DNA of 64,000 nt from Clostridia bacterium (GTDB taxonomy: Bacteria > Bacillota > Clostridia > UMGS1883): assembly GCA_051866635.1 (NCBI GenBank), contig JBJDXJ010000063.1, positions 16,820 through 80,819 on the forward strand. The letters are read 5' to 3'. Below, in pieces: positions 1-9,652 of this stretch. The position numbers were made by a program, and so were the translations under genes. The notes under the pieces were generated by a model. That model was not told the DNA's origin, searched no databases, and saw only the letters and a list, made by a program, of their open reading frames with translations. How positions within the stretch are numbered: the first letter of the stretch is position 1; each line of letters begins with the position of its first letter.

Positions 1-74
1 CTTGAATAACTTTTTGTTTTTCAAGTGTCTGCTCTAAAGGGATTATATCAATCATTTCGCTATAGCTATTTATT

Positions 75-923
75 TCATTTAAGTATATCTTTTATTAATT
101 CCTTATCAATTTCAAATTCCGGGCATCCCTGTGCACCTGCCGCCACTTCATACTTATCATAACAGATTACAATATTGCCCTTGTCATTTATTAAGAATTT
201 CACATCCTCTGTTATTCCTTGGTAGCCGTCGGTATATTCGTCCTTTTCCACCCAGAACAAACCTTCTTCTTCGTTATTTCGGCGTATCATTTCATCCTTG
301 ACTATTGTGCTGATGGGTGTTATATAGTCGGCGTTTTCTTTAAAAAGCCCTTTTAGTGTTACTATTTCCCCTGTTTTCTTATTTACTGTATAGAATTTAT
401 GCGTTGTTGAGGAAGAACCCACCACGTTGAAATAGTAAATGTCTATTGCATAATAATCATCGGTGTCTGTCCTGACAATATAGTCGCTTTCAAATCCCAT
501 ATGCACATCTTCACCATATTCTTCCATAAGTGCATTTGCTTCTTTTTCAAATTCTTCAATCAGCTTCTGTGCATTTTCTCCAAGCTCACTGTTTATCTCC
601 TCCATCAGCTTTTCATCCTTTAGCCCTTCTATTTGTGGCGTTACAATAGTTGCCTCACTGCCGCCTATTTTATTTTCGTAACGATTAAGTGTAACAACCC
701 TCACAATGCTCCCTAAAAGCGGAACTTCGTTCATAGCATATGCAAAGGAAGGTGAAATGTTTGCACTTACAGTTACCATAACAAGCATCACAGCCACGGT
801 ACCGCCTAAAACTTTTCCTACGTTTGATATTTTATTTCTCATAATTTTCCCCCTCACTTTTTTTCTGAGTCTGTCACTTGCCACATGTTCTTCATTGCCT
901 CTTAAAAAGTCGTACATAATCAC
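75..923 (-). CDS. RsiV-like anti-sigma factor (DUF3298/DUF4163-type extracellular domain)
   Basis: Single TM, 'SPSFAYAMNEVPLLGSIVRVVT' and C-terminal 'YEVAAGAQGCPEFEI' motifs; overlaps the stop of the ECF sigma gene. Confidence 0.8.
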   Translation of the reverse strand: MIMYDFLRGNEEHVASDRLRKKVRGKIMRNKISNVGKVLGGTVAVMLVMVTVSANISPSFAYAMNEVPLLGSIVRVVTLNRYENKIGGSEATIVTPQIEGLKDEKLMEEINSELGENAQKLIEEFEKEANALMEEYGEDVHMGFESDYIVRTDTDDYYAIDIYYFNVVGSSSTTHKFYTVNKKTGEIVTLKGLFKENADYITPISTIVKDEMIRRNNEEEGLFWVEKDEYTDGYQGITEDVKFLINDKGNIVICYDKYEVAAGAQGCPEFEIDKELIKDILK

Positions 924-1387
924 ACAATCTCCCCTCTGAGCTTTTTTATTGCGGAATAAAATCTGGTTTTTGCAGTATTTTCATTAATATTAAGGACCTT
1001 GCCTATCTCCTCGAAAGTTAAATCGTCACAGCATTTTAAAACCACAACGGCTTTTGAATTTTCATCCAAAAGGTTTATCATACTTTCAAAGTTAATATGT
1101 GAATAGTCATCCTCTGTGAAATTAAATTCCATTTTATCAGGCTCTAAACTTATGTATCTCCCATTTTTCTTCAAAGCTGTAAGGGCAGTATTTGCAACAA
1201 TAGAGTATACATAGCATTTTATGTTTTTCTCATCTTTTATTCTATTCGCTGATTTCAACGCTTTAACAACACTGTCGCTTACCACATCTTCTGCATCTTC
1301 ACGGTTACGCATATATGTATAGGCAAACCTGTATATATTATCTAAATTTTCTTCAAGAAATTTTTCCAGCTGTTTTCGCTTCCGCAT
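920..1387 (-). CDS. ECF RNA polymerase sigma factor (SigV-like)
   Basis: Region 2 'YRFAYTYMRNREDAEDVV' and region 4 'LTFEEIGKVLNINENTAKTR'; paired with RsiV-like gene. Confidence 0.85.
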   Translation of the reverse strand: MRKRKQLEKFLEENLDNIYRFAYTYMRNREDAEDVVSDSVVKALKSANRIKDEKNIKCYVYSIVANTALTALKKNGRYISLEPDKMEFNFTEDDYSHINFESMINLLDENSKAVVVLKCCDDLTFEEIGKVLNINENTAKTRFYSAIKKLRGEIV

Positions 1388-1425
1388 TTTATCAACTCCT
1401 CTTCTATTTTTAATCCTTTCACATA

Positions 1426-1455
1426 TTAGACTTTTTTACAGGCAAAATAGTTTTA
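1426..1455 (-). promoter_or_regulatory. Putative autoregulatory ECF promoter (AAAAC...GTCTAA)
   Basis: Minus strand 'aaaactattttgcctgtaaaaaagtctaa' just upstream of the sigma gene fits the ECF AAC/GTC pattern. Confidence 0.35.
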
Positions 1456-1473
1456 ATTTTTTTTAAAAAATTA

Positions 1474-1512
1474 AGGTTGCAGCAATAATTTAAATAAATT
1501 TGCCGCAACCTA
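1474..1512 (-). terminator. Hairpin downstream of uppP
   Basis: aggttgcagcaa / ttgccgcaacct imperfect inverted repeat with A/T tract. Confidence 0.5.
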
Positions 1513-1515
1513 ATT

Positions 1516-2364
1516 TTAAAGGACGAAATATAATAATACAATAACGCCAAGTACAATTCTGTACCAACCAAAAACTTTAAAGTCGTGCTTTTTAATATAA
1601 CCTATAAGGAATTTAATTGCAAGTATCGAAACCACAAAGGCAACTACCATACCTACAATCAAAACTGCCAATTCTGTAGAAGTAAAAGCAAAGCCAAATT
1701 TTAAAAGCTTCAACGCACTGGCACCGAACATTACGGGAATTGCTAAGAAGAACGTGAATTCAGCAGCAAGCTCCCTGCTTGTTCCAATCAAAATACCTCC
1801 GATAATTGTTGAACCTGACCTACTTGTACCGGGTATTAAGGAAAGCACCTGGAAAATTCCGATTAATAATGCATCTTTAAAGCTAAGGTCTTTTAGACTT
1901 GTTACACGAGGTGTACGTTTTTTGTTGTAGTTTTCAATGAGGATAAATACAACACCGTAAAAAATAAGTGCTATTGCTACAACAAAACCGTTATGTAAAT
2001 GTTCATCCATCCAGTCATCCAATGGAAGTCCCACTATCATAGCCGGCAGACATGCCACAACAATCTTAAGCCAAAGGATAATTTTGTCCATGTAGCAGTA
2101 ATTGTCTAAAAATTTACCTGTTTTTTCCACAGCGTTTTTCTTTGTGTGGAAAGGCCACAGCTTGCTCCAGTACAGCACTACAACAGCCAGTATGGCACCA
2201 AGCTGAATTACAACATTGAACATTTCCATAAATGCTTCGCTCTGATTTAGCTTTACAAATTCGTCAACTAAAATCAAATGACCTGTACTGCTTATGGGCA
2301 GCCACTCAGTAATACCTTCAATAACCCCCAAAAGTAAAACCTTAAGCCATTCTACAAGGTTCAT
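1516..2364 (-). CDS. uppP: Undecaprenyl-diphosphate phosphatase
   Basis: '[13 protein letters not shown]' and '[10 protein letters not shown]' BacA motifs; start reassigned to ATG 2364 after an AAGGA RBS. Confidence 0.95.
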   Translation of the reverse strand: MNLVEWLKVLLLGVIEGITEWLPISSTGHLILVDEFVKLNQSEAFMEMFNVVIQLGAILAVVVLYWSKLWPFHTKKNAVEKTGKFLDNYCYMDKIILWLKIVVACLPAMIVGLPLDDWMDEHLHNGFVVAIALIFYGVVFILIENYNKKRTPRVTSLKDLSFKDALLIGIFQVLSLIPGTSRSGSTIIGGILIGTSRELAAEFTFFLAIPVMFGASALKLLKFGFAFTSTELAVLIVGMVVAFVVSILAIKFLIGYIKKHDFKVFGWYRIVLGVIVLLYFVL

Positions 2365-2475
2365 ATCATTTCCTTCTTTCCGATTATTAATACTGTTATA
2401 CCTTATACATAATACCATAAATTTAAAAAAATGCAAGCCGTCCATACAAAAATAGTGTATCATATTTCAATTTAA

Positions 2476-2520
2476 AAGCCACGGCAAAATAGTTTCCGAT
2501 ACTATTTTGCCGCGGCTTTG
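2476..2520 (-). terminator. Rho-independent terminator
   Basis: aaagccacggcaaaatagt / actattttgccgcggcttt stem immediately after the GH43 stop. Confidence 0.75.
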
Positions 2521-2524
2521 ACAT

Positions 2525-3463
2525 TTACAAAAACAATTCGTTTTTATAATCAAACACAGGTTTATCATTTTCATCGTATGTAACCTTCATAATCATTGCA
2601 TGACGGTTAATGTCGTCAAGGGGGTCGCCTTCAATCTTTTCAAAATCCCTGGCGTGGTACACGCAAATGTCACTGCCATCTTCATCCTTGACAAAGCTGT
2701 TGTGACCGGGTCCGAACACCTCAAATGAAGCGTCTGTCTTTAAAACAGGATAACGCTCCTTTTTCCATGCGGCAGGGTCTAAGATTTCAGCATTTTCGTC
2801 AATTGAAAGCATACCCATACAGTAGCATGCACCTGTTGCTGAAGCAGAATATGTAACATATATTTTGCCATTGTGCTTTAATACTGCCGGCCCTTCTTCT
2901 ACCCATTCGTCAACCCTTTCCCAATCGTATGTGGGAGTAGAAAGGATAACCAGCTTTGTTTTAAGCTTTGTGGGTGTTTCCATTTCGGCAATACAAAGAT
3001 TACTCATACCTTTCCATATGCGGACTTTTTCTGCCCATATCATATACCATTTACCATGGTTTTCAAATACAGTGTTATCAAGAGAGAATGATTTGAAGCT
3101 GAAACCGTCCCCTTTTGCCGCTTTCATCTGACCTAATTCTTCCCATTTATCTTTCATGGGATTACCTTCACACTTTAACACATAAGGGCGTATTTTCCAT
3201 ATGTTATCGGCTTTGCTTGCCGCAACATATATATAGAAGGCTCCGTCTATATAGTGAAGCTCCGGTGCCCAGATATAACCTGACATTTCGCCCTCATCGT
3301 GCTTTTTCCAGATTATTTTTTCTTCAGCTTGGGACAAGCCTGACAGGGTATCACTTTCACGAAGGGCAATGTAATCATACCTTGGTGCTGTTGCTATAAA
3401 GTAATACTTACCATTAATTTTTGTTGCAAAAGGGTCTGCATTGTGTTTTATCCACGCTTTCAT
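2525..3463 (-). CDS. Glycoside hydrolase family 43 (arabinofuranosidase/xylosidase-like)
   Basis: 'ADPF', 'WAPELH', 'EGPAV', 'GPGHNSF', 'YHAR' motifs. Confidence 0.9.
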   Translation of the reverse strand: MKAWIKHNADPFATKINGKYYFIATAPRYDYIALRESDTLSGLSQAEEKIIWKKHDEGEMSGYIWAPELHYIDGAFYIYVAASKADNIWKIRPYVLKCEGNPMKDKWEELGQMKAAKGDGFSFKSFSLDNTVFENHGKWYMIWAEKVRIWKGMSNLCIAEMETPTKLKTKLVILSTPTYDWERVDEWVEEGPAVLKHNGKIYVTYSASATGACYCMGMLSIDENAEILDPAAWKKERYPVLKTDASFEVFGPGHNSFVKDEDGSDICVYHARDFEKIEGDPLDDINRHAMIMKVTYDENDKPVFDYKNELFL

Positions 3464-3487
3464 ATGTAATTCCTCCACTTATAATTT

Positions 3488-5491
3488 TTATCTTGCCAAA
3501 TATCTATACACCATAACAGCTACTTCACCGCGGGTAATATAATCTTTGGGTCTTGCCCTATCTCCGGAAAGTACCCCCATTGCCTTCAAGATTTCCCCAC
3601 TGCCTATTTTTTCAAAATCTGCCCCGTCGGTGTATGTTGATTTATAAATATCATATCCTGCCACTTCCTTGTAGCCTATAATATTTATAAGTGTATTAAA
3701 TGCTTCTTCACGTGTTACATTTCTGTCAGGCTCTGCCAAATCAATATAGCCTTCCTTAACACAGTATTCACTGATTTTGTCCTTTGCCCAATAGATGGGG
3801 ATAACGCCACTGTCTTTGCAGGCTAAGAAAAGTTTTACCATATCGGACTGTGTTATATATTCATCAGGCTTAAAAGTATTTTCAGGCAAGTATATATCAT
3901 GCTCAAAAAGAGCCTTTATTTCTTTTTCCGCCCAATGGTCTTCGATATCGGTATACGGAACCTTTTCTTCACTTGCCTTATATCGCATTTCACCTGTCAA
4001 AGCGTCAATTACAACGCTATTTTTAATAGTTACGCCACCAACGTAGCCGTCAGCAGTATTTACATATGTATTATATAATGGTGCAATGTCAAAAATAATC
4101 TTTTTTGCATCTTCTTCACTTATTACATTCTTAGGGTCGGGGAATGTGGAAACATCCTTATCCCATGAGATATAATAGCTTGTAACCATATCTTCATTTA
4201 AATCGTATGTGACAGATATACTGTTTGAATCGTAGGGAATGGAATTTACCAGTCTTTCGCAATTCATAACAGCACGATTACCGCTTTCTTCAAATGTAAT
4301 TAAGGTGTCCTCTGTTTTATTGTCTGAAAGGGAAGCTGCAAAAGCCTTCAATGCCTCCTCGGGTATGGTATTTTTAGTCTCTTCCTCTTTTACTTCCATG
4401 GTGTATTTTGTTTTGTAAGAATAGATACCTGTAACAACTCCCGTTTCACCTTCATATGTTACACTTACAGTCCTGTCTTCATTTGACAAGTCAAAGCTTA
4501 CATAATATTCTTCATCCATTTTGTAGGAATATATATCATCTACTACCATGCTGTCGTCAAGCTTTAAAAGTTCAAATTTTCTAAGAAGATTTGCCACATC
4601 TTGGGCTTTTACGAGACTTGCCATTTTATCAATCTCGCCTTTTTCCTTATCTGTAAGCACGGCAGAATTTTTGTTTGCTCCCATTGATATAGAATACTCT
4701 TCCACAGCTGAATCTTCCTCGCTTGTTGCATACCTTGAGGCAAATTTTTCTTCAATCTTCTCGCCGTTTTCTCTTGAAACATAGCCCTTTTCCAAAGTGT
4801 AGTAAAGCTTAACTTCTTTACCGTCATCTTTATATTCAGGTGAATAATGGAGCTTTATGGGGAAATTTTTCAAATAGTCCTCTTGGTCCAATTCTTTTAA
4901 ATTGCCATTTGAAAATACAACCTCCTGGTCTAAGAAAGCCGCCGCAGATTGAACAAAGATTTTTTCCTTTGTTGCTCTTACCCGTACAATTACATAGTTT
5001 GAGTTAACTTTTTCATTTTTATAGTAACGCTGATATGTAAAACTAAAGGTCTTATACCTTCCCGAATATGAGCTTTTTGCCAAATCTTCCTCATACTTTA
5101 AAACATCATCACCCAAAATGTATTCAGGGTATGCTTTTTCAATAAAGCTGTCGGATAAAATTTTTGCATCATCAATCGTATAACCGATAAGTGTTCTTTC
5201 CCCGTTATACATACCACTTTCGTAATAATTGTATTCAACAATTCTGCCCTTACTGTCGGAGGAAATATAAACTTCCTTATCATAGCTTTCATCGTTCCAG
5301 TTAAAATCATACCTTAATATACCGTCGTACTTATTTTGTGAATATGAAAATTCTTCTAATTCTTCGGGAATATCAATTTTCATCTTCACCTTAGTTAAAA
5401 CTTCTTCGGCACTTGAATTTTCGCTTGCCAATACAGGAACACAAGTTACTACAATACATAACGCCAACAATAATGATAACAATTTTTTCAT
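3488..5491 (-). CDS. Secreted SLH-domain protein with YcdB/YcdC (PepSY-like) repeats
   Basis: Signal peptide, 'IDALTGE', C-terminal 'YTDIEDHWA...ITRGEVAVMVYR' SLH motifs. Confidence 0.75.
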   Translation of the reverse strand: MKKLLSLLLALCIVVTCVPVLASENSSAEEVLTKVKMKIDIPEELEEFSYSQNKYDGILRYDFNWNDESYDKEVYISSDSKGRIVEYNYYESGMYNGERTLIGYTIDDAKILSDSFIEKAYPEYILGDDVLKYEEDLAKSSYSGRYKTFSFTYQRYYKNEKVNSNYVIVRVRATKEKIFVQSAAAFLDQEVVFSNGNLKELDQEDYLKNFPIKLHYSPEYKDDGKEVKLYYTLEKGYVSRENGEKIEEKFASRYATSEEDSAVEEYSISMGANKNSAVLTDKEKGEIDKMASLVKAQDVANLLRKFELLKLDDSMVVDDIYSYKMDEEYYVSFDLSNEDRTVSVTYEGETGVVTGIYSYKTKYTMEVKEEETKNTIPEEALKAFAASLSDNKTEDTLITFEESGNRAVMNCERLVNSIPYDSNSISVTYDLNEDMVTSYYISWDKDVSTFPDPKNVISEEDAKKIIFDIAPLYNTYVNTADGYVGGVTIKNSVVIDALTGEMRYKASEEKVPYTDIEDHWAEKEIKALFEHDIYLPENTFKPDEYITQSDMVKLFLACKDSGVIPIYWAKDKISEYCVKEGYIDLAEPDRNVTREEAFNTLINIIGYKEVAGYDIYKSTYTDGADFEKIGSGEILKAMGVLSGDRARPKDYITRGEVAVMVYRYLAR

Positions 5492-5502
5492 AAATATCAC
5501 TC

Positions 5503-6150
5503 CTATAAATTTTCAGAAATTCCATTAAAATCTTTTATATAAAAATCTGCTACACTTTCCATTTCCTTTTTAAATGCATCCCAGCGTTTATCCCATACGC
5601 AAACGACCTTTGCACCTGTGCTTTTAGCTGTTTTTACCGCCTCGGGCACATCTTCAAAAATAACACATTCCTTTATATTAACCCCAAGCCTTTCCGCCGC
5701 TAAGTTATACACATGTGGGTCACGCTTACTTATACCCGTTTCATCAGTTGATATAAATACGTCAAATAAGTCATATACACCAGTGTTTTTCATTGCCGCT
5801 TCGTAAAGGGTTTTACTTGAACTTGTTGCCAGTGCAATTTTCACACCTTGCCCTTTCAGCTTTTCCATGTACTCTTTTGCACCGCTTCTTAATTTAATGT
5901 TATTTGCATATTCAAAAAGTGCTCTTTCGTCCCATTCACGCATTAAATCTTCTACTGTATCTTTAAGATTAAACCGCTTTATGGAATACTTTGCACATTC
6001 TTCACCTGTCATAGAGCTTATTATGTGTGCATAATCATCGGGAACACCGATGCCCCTTGCCTGAAGAAAGTCCACATCAATTTTATCCCACACGGAAATG
6101 GAATCAAGTATTGTTCCGTCCATATCAAATATGGCACCTTTAAATCTCAT
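5503..6150 (-). CDS. HAD family phosphatase
   Basis: 'IFDMDGTILDS' motif I and 'FED' motif IV. Confidence 0.9.
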   Translation of the reverse strand: MRFKGAIFDMDGTILDSISVWDKIDVDFLQARGIGVPDDYAHIISSMTGEECAKYSIKRFNLKDTVEDLMREWDERALFEYANNIKLRSGAKEYMEKLKGQGVKIALATSSSKTLYEAAMKNTGVYDLFDVFISTDETGISKRDPHVYNLAAERLGVNIKECVIFEDVPEAVKTAKSTGAKVVCVWDKRWDAFKKEMESVADFYIKDFNGISENL

Positions 6151-7577
6151 TCTGTTATCATCTCCAATGCTTTCACAATGAAATCAACTGTTTCACCAAG
6201 GCTTGACACTTCCCATCTTTCCTTTGGTGAATGTACATCATAAAGCTGAGGCCCTGCACTGACCATCTGCATATTAGGTTTAACCGATGCGAAGAATGCA
6301 CATTCCAATCCCGCATGTACACCGCCTACCTTCAATTCATTACCCGTTACTTCGTAATAGGCCTTTTTCATAATTCTTATTAAATCATTTTCTCCCTTTT
6401 CTTCCCATATGGGATTTTCGGAGGGAATGGACAATTTGTATCCGTATACCCTTGCCAAAGCCTTTGCCACCCTTTTTCTTTCTTGGGAATGGAATTTTGA
6501 GCTGCTTCGTGCAAGCACTTCAATATGAAGATTATCATTTGTTTTTAAAACACCGATGTTCTGACTTGTCTCCACAAAATCCGGGGTGTATTTACTCATG
6601 TAAAATACGCCTGAATGTAAGCTTACAAGGAAGTTAATAAGTTTTTCTTTATCTTCATCACTTATTTTATCAGCGGAACATACATTTTCAAATGCAAATT
6701 TAACATTTACTTCGTTAGGGTATTCTTCTTTGATTGCATTTTCAAATTTCTCTGCAATCAATTTCACCTTATCTTTTTCATTTGTTACAATCACGCATTC
6801 CGCTTCGGCACAGATTGCGTTCTTAACCCGTCCCCCTTCAAATAAGCTAAGGTCAAATTCTACACCATTTTCACCAAGCTCATCCAAAAATTCAGCCATA
6901 AGTTTTATTGCATTGCCACGGGGCAAATTAATATCACAACCGCTATGACCGCCTAAAAGATGCATTATTTTAACACTTAAAGCGTCCTTTTCTTCTTCGT
7001 ATTTAACTCTTTTCAAATCAGAGTTAAAAATAATTTCCACAGTGTTGGAGCAAGATGAAGAAATGCTGTCCTTTTCTTCCCAGTCAAGATTTAACAGGTA
7101 CTTTCCGTCAAGGTACTTAATATCTAAGTTTTCCGCACCCTTCATGCTTGTTTCTTCCTCAACTGTAAATATTCCTCGGATTTTGGGGTGCTTTAAGGTG
7201 TTGTCCGATAAAATATAAAGCATCATTGCAACGCCTGCACCGTCATCAGCACCAAGGCTTGTGCCTTTAGCCTTTAAAAAGTCACCGTCACGGTAAATTT
7301 CCACGCTGTCTGTTATGGGGTCATATTCCTTGTCACTTTCTGCAACACATACCATATCCATATGACTTTGAAGTATTACACAAGGTGCGTTTTCATATCC
7401 CCGCCTTGCCTCTTTTTCCATAATAACATTGCCGTAGGAATCCATTTCGCACTTTAAATTATGTTCCTTTGCCCAATTTACAAGGTATTCACCAATAGCT
7501 TTTTCATTGCCCGAGCCGTGCGGGATAACCGAAAACCTTAAAAACTCGTCTATTACTTTTTTTGCCTTTGAATCCAT
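6147..7577 (-). CDS. pepD: Aminoacyl-histidine dipeptidase (M20C)
   Basis: 'QSHMDMVC', 'LGADDG', 'EEE', 'HAGLEC', 'VHSPKE'; start reassigned to ATG 7577. Confidence 0.9.
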   Translation of the reverse strand: MDSKAKKVIDEFLRFSVIPHGSGNEKAIGEYLVNWAKEHNLKCEMDSYGNVIMEKEARRGYENAPCVILQSHMDMVCVAESDKEYDPITDSVEIYRDGDFLKAKGTSLGADDGAGVAMMLYILSDNTLKHPKIRGIFTVEEETSMKGAENLDIKYLDGKYLLNLDWEEKDSISSSCSNTVEIIFNSDLKRVKYEEEKDALSVKIMHLLGGHSGCDINLPRGNAIKLMAEFLDELGENGVEFDLSLFEGGRVKNAICAEAECVIVTNEKDKVKLIAEKFENAIKEEYPNEVNVKFAFENVCSADKISDEDKEKLINFLVSLHSGVFYMSKYTPDFVETSQNIGVLKTNDNLHIEVLARSSSKFHSQERKRVAKALARVYGYKLSIPSENPIWEEKGENDLIRIMKKAYYEVTGNELKVGGVHAGLECAFFASVKPNMQMVSAGPQLYDVHSPKERWEVSSLGETVDFIVKALEMITE

Positions 7578-7633
7578 ATTTACACACCTCTGTATATAAT
7601 ACTTTTTACACTCCCAAAAAGTTGCAACCATTT

Positions 7634-7804
7634 TAAAAAGGGTCTGCAAAAAAAGTCAGCACTTATAACAAAAAGACCATTTCGGGACTGTCCCAACAAA
7701 ACCTCGCAAGGTTTCTTTGGCAAATTGTCTCCCAATTTGCCATAAGGGGGACTGTCCCAAATGTTCTTAACTTATTTATTAGACTTTTTTGCAGCCCCTT
7801 TTAA
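7634..7804. repeat. Structured MITE/REP-like element, copy 1
   Basis: Terminal IR gggtctgcaaaaaaagtc / gacttttttgcagccc; 106-bp core (7665-7770) shared with 11668-11773 and 31687-31792. Confidence 0.9.
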
Positions 7805-8833
7805 TTAGTAGGGTAAATTAAAGCTTTCAGATATTCCGTTATCTATTCCTACATCAGCCATATCAATTTTCCAATAAGCACCCAAATTCCACACTGTTCC
7901 CTTTGTTACAAGGTTAAGTGATGTTAAATTGTACTTTGAAAAATACAGTTTATTATATTCCTCGCTCATATCCCAGATAAATGTTTTATCGTTATTTGAG
8001 AAATTATCCGTCATGTCATTTTTGTTATATATACCAACAGTAACAGTGGCTAACGGGTTATCACCGCTCAAATGGCAAACCATTGCTTCTGTATTGCCCT
8101 GTCTTTCTCCATTTGTTTCACCCTTAGGGGTTGTTCTTACATACAAATCATCATCAAAGTTGCAATAACGTGAAAAATCCTTATTTACAGAAGCCATTGC
8201 CGTATATGACAGTGCCATCTTAACATCACGCACAAATTCTACCTTAGTATCAAGGTTTACGGTATCACCAACCATTGTGTAAACCCTTTCAACATTGGCA
8301 TAGGGCAAGTGTTCCTCATTTGCAAGAAGTATTGTGGTATTTTCCACAATTACAAGTCTGTTGACATACTTTGACTGACCAACCTCAAGAGAAAAAACTT
8401 CACCTGTTACGGCATCCATCATACTGAGTGAAACAAGTCTTTCACTGCCGTGATTGCCGCCTGTAAATTCCAGGTTTTGAGTAACCGGGTTAAACACCCT
8501 GAAAACATACTCCCAGTCTGTTCCGCCGCCGATAACAACATTTTCAGTATATCTGTTGCCTATCTTCATGTCACCTAAGTTCCAAGTTCCCCATTCGGTG
8601 CGACAAAACTGTACAACAATATGTTTTCCCTTATTATCGGTATAATACATTTCATACATATTCTGTTTCGGTCTTAATACAGTCATATCACAGTGTGCTA
8701 TATTTGTATTATAGTATCTGTGAGTTTCCAGCACCAACTCCGCAATGCCGTCGCTTACAACCTTCGACGCATAAACATTCACAGATGAAAATGCCATAAT
8801 AAGTATCAATATAATTGCCGTTATTTTTTTCAC
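7805..8833 (-). CDS. Secreted hypothetical protein
   Basis: 342-aa ORF, GTG start with GGAGG RBS, signal peptide ending VYA; no family recognised. Confidence 0.75.
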   Translation of the reverse strand: MKKITAIILILIMAFSSVNVYASKVVSDGIAELVLETHRYYNTNIAHCDMTVLRPKQNMYEMYYTDNKGKHIVVQFCRTEWGTWNLGDMKIGNRYTENVVIGGGTDWEYVFRVFNPVTQNLEFTGGNHGSERLVSLSMMDAVTGEVFSLEVGQSKYVNRLVIVENTTILLANEEHLPYANVERVYTMVGDTVNLDTKVEFVRDVKMALSYTAMASVNKDFSRYCNFDDDLYVRTTPKGETNGERQGNTEAMVCHLSGDNPLATVTVGIYNKNDMTDNFSNNDKTFIWDMSEEYNKLYFSKYNLTSLNLVTKGTVWNLGAYWKIDMADVGIDNGISESFNLPY

Positions 8834-8851
8834 AACACATTCCTCCGAATA

Positions 8852-9652
8852 TTATTCAGCATCCAAATGGCTTCTTTTTACAATATCTTTTATATTGCTC
8901 ATATCCATTTTGCCGCCGTGTACCTTTTTTAAATACATAAGATATTCAATATTCCCTTCAGGTCCCCTGACAGGGGAAAAATCAACCCCGACCACAGAAA
9001 ATCCCATTTCCTCTGCAAAAAGAATAACATTCTTTATAACAGACTCATGAATATTTTTATCCTTTACAACACCCTTTTTACCAACGTTGCCCCGTCCTGC
9101 TTCAAACTGGGGCTTAATAAGTGCCATAAGCTCCCCGCCATCATTCAAAAGATTATATGCAACAGGTAAAACAAGCTTCAGCGAAATAAACGCCACATCT
9201 ATAGATATAAAGTCAATATCTTCACCAATGTCTTTCTTGGTTACACTCCGTATGTTTGTTTTTTCCATATTGACAACACGTTCATCTTCCCTGAGCTTTT
9301 CCGCCAACTGACCGCTTCCCACATCCACCGCAAAAACCTTTTTTGCTCCGTTTTGAAGCATGCAATCAGTAAAACCGCCTGTGGATGCACCTATGTCCAT
9401 GCACACCTTATCTTTAAGTAATATGTTAAAAGCCTTTATTGCTTTTTCAATTTTTAAGCCTCCACGGCTTACGTATTTTAACGTATCACCCACAATGCGG
9501 ATTTCATCGCCTTCGCTTAAGGTATAGCTTGCCTTGTCCCTTGGCTCATTATTTACAAAAACCTTGCCTTCTTTTATAAGGTTTTTTGCCGCCTCACGGC
9601 TTTGACAAAGCCCCAGTTCCACAAGGTGCACATCAAGTCTCTTCTTTGTCAT
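8852..9652 (-). CDS. tlyA: TlyA family rRNA 2'-O-methyltransferase
   Basis: S4 domain, 'YVSRGGLK', 'DIGASTGGFTD', 'KPQFE', 'GNIEY'; adjacent to dxs. Confidence 0.95.
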   Translation of the reverse strand: MTKKRLDVHLVELGLCQSREAAKNLIKEGKVFVNNEPRDKASYTLSEGDEIRIVGDTLKYVSRGGLKIEKAIKAFNILLKDKVCMDIGASTGGFTDCMLQNGAKKVFAVDVGSGQLAEKLREDERVVNMEKTNIRSVTKKDIGEDIDFISIDVAFISLKLVLPVAYNLLNDGGELMALIKPQFEAGRGNVGKKGVVKDKNIHESVIKNVILFAEEMGFSVVGVDFSPVRGPEGNIEYLMYLKKVHGGKMDMSNIKDIVKRSHLDAE

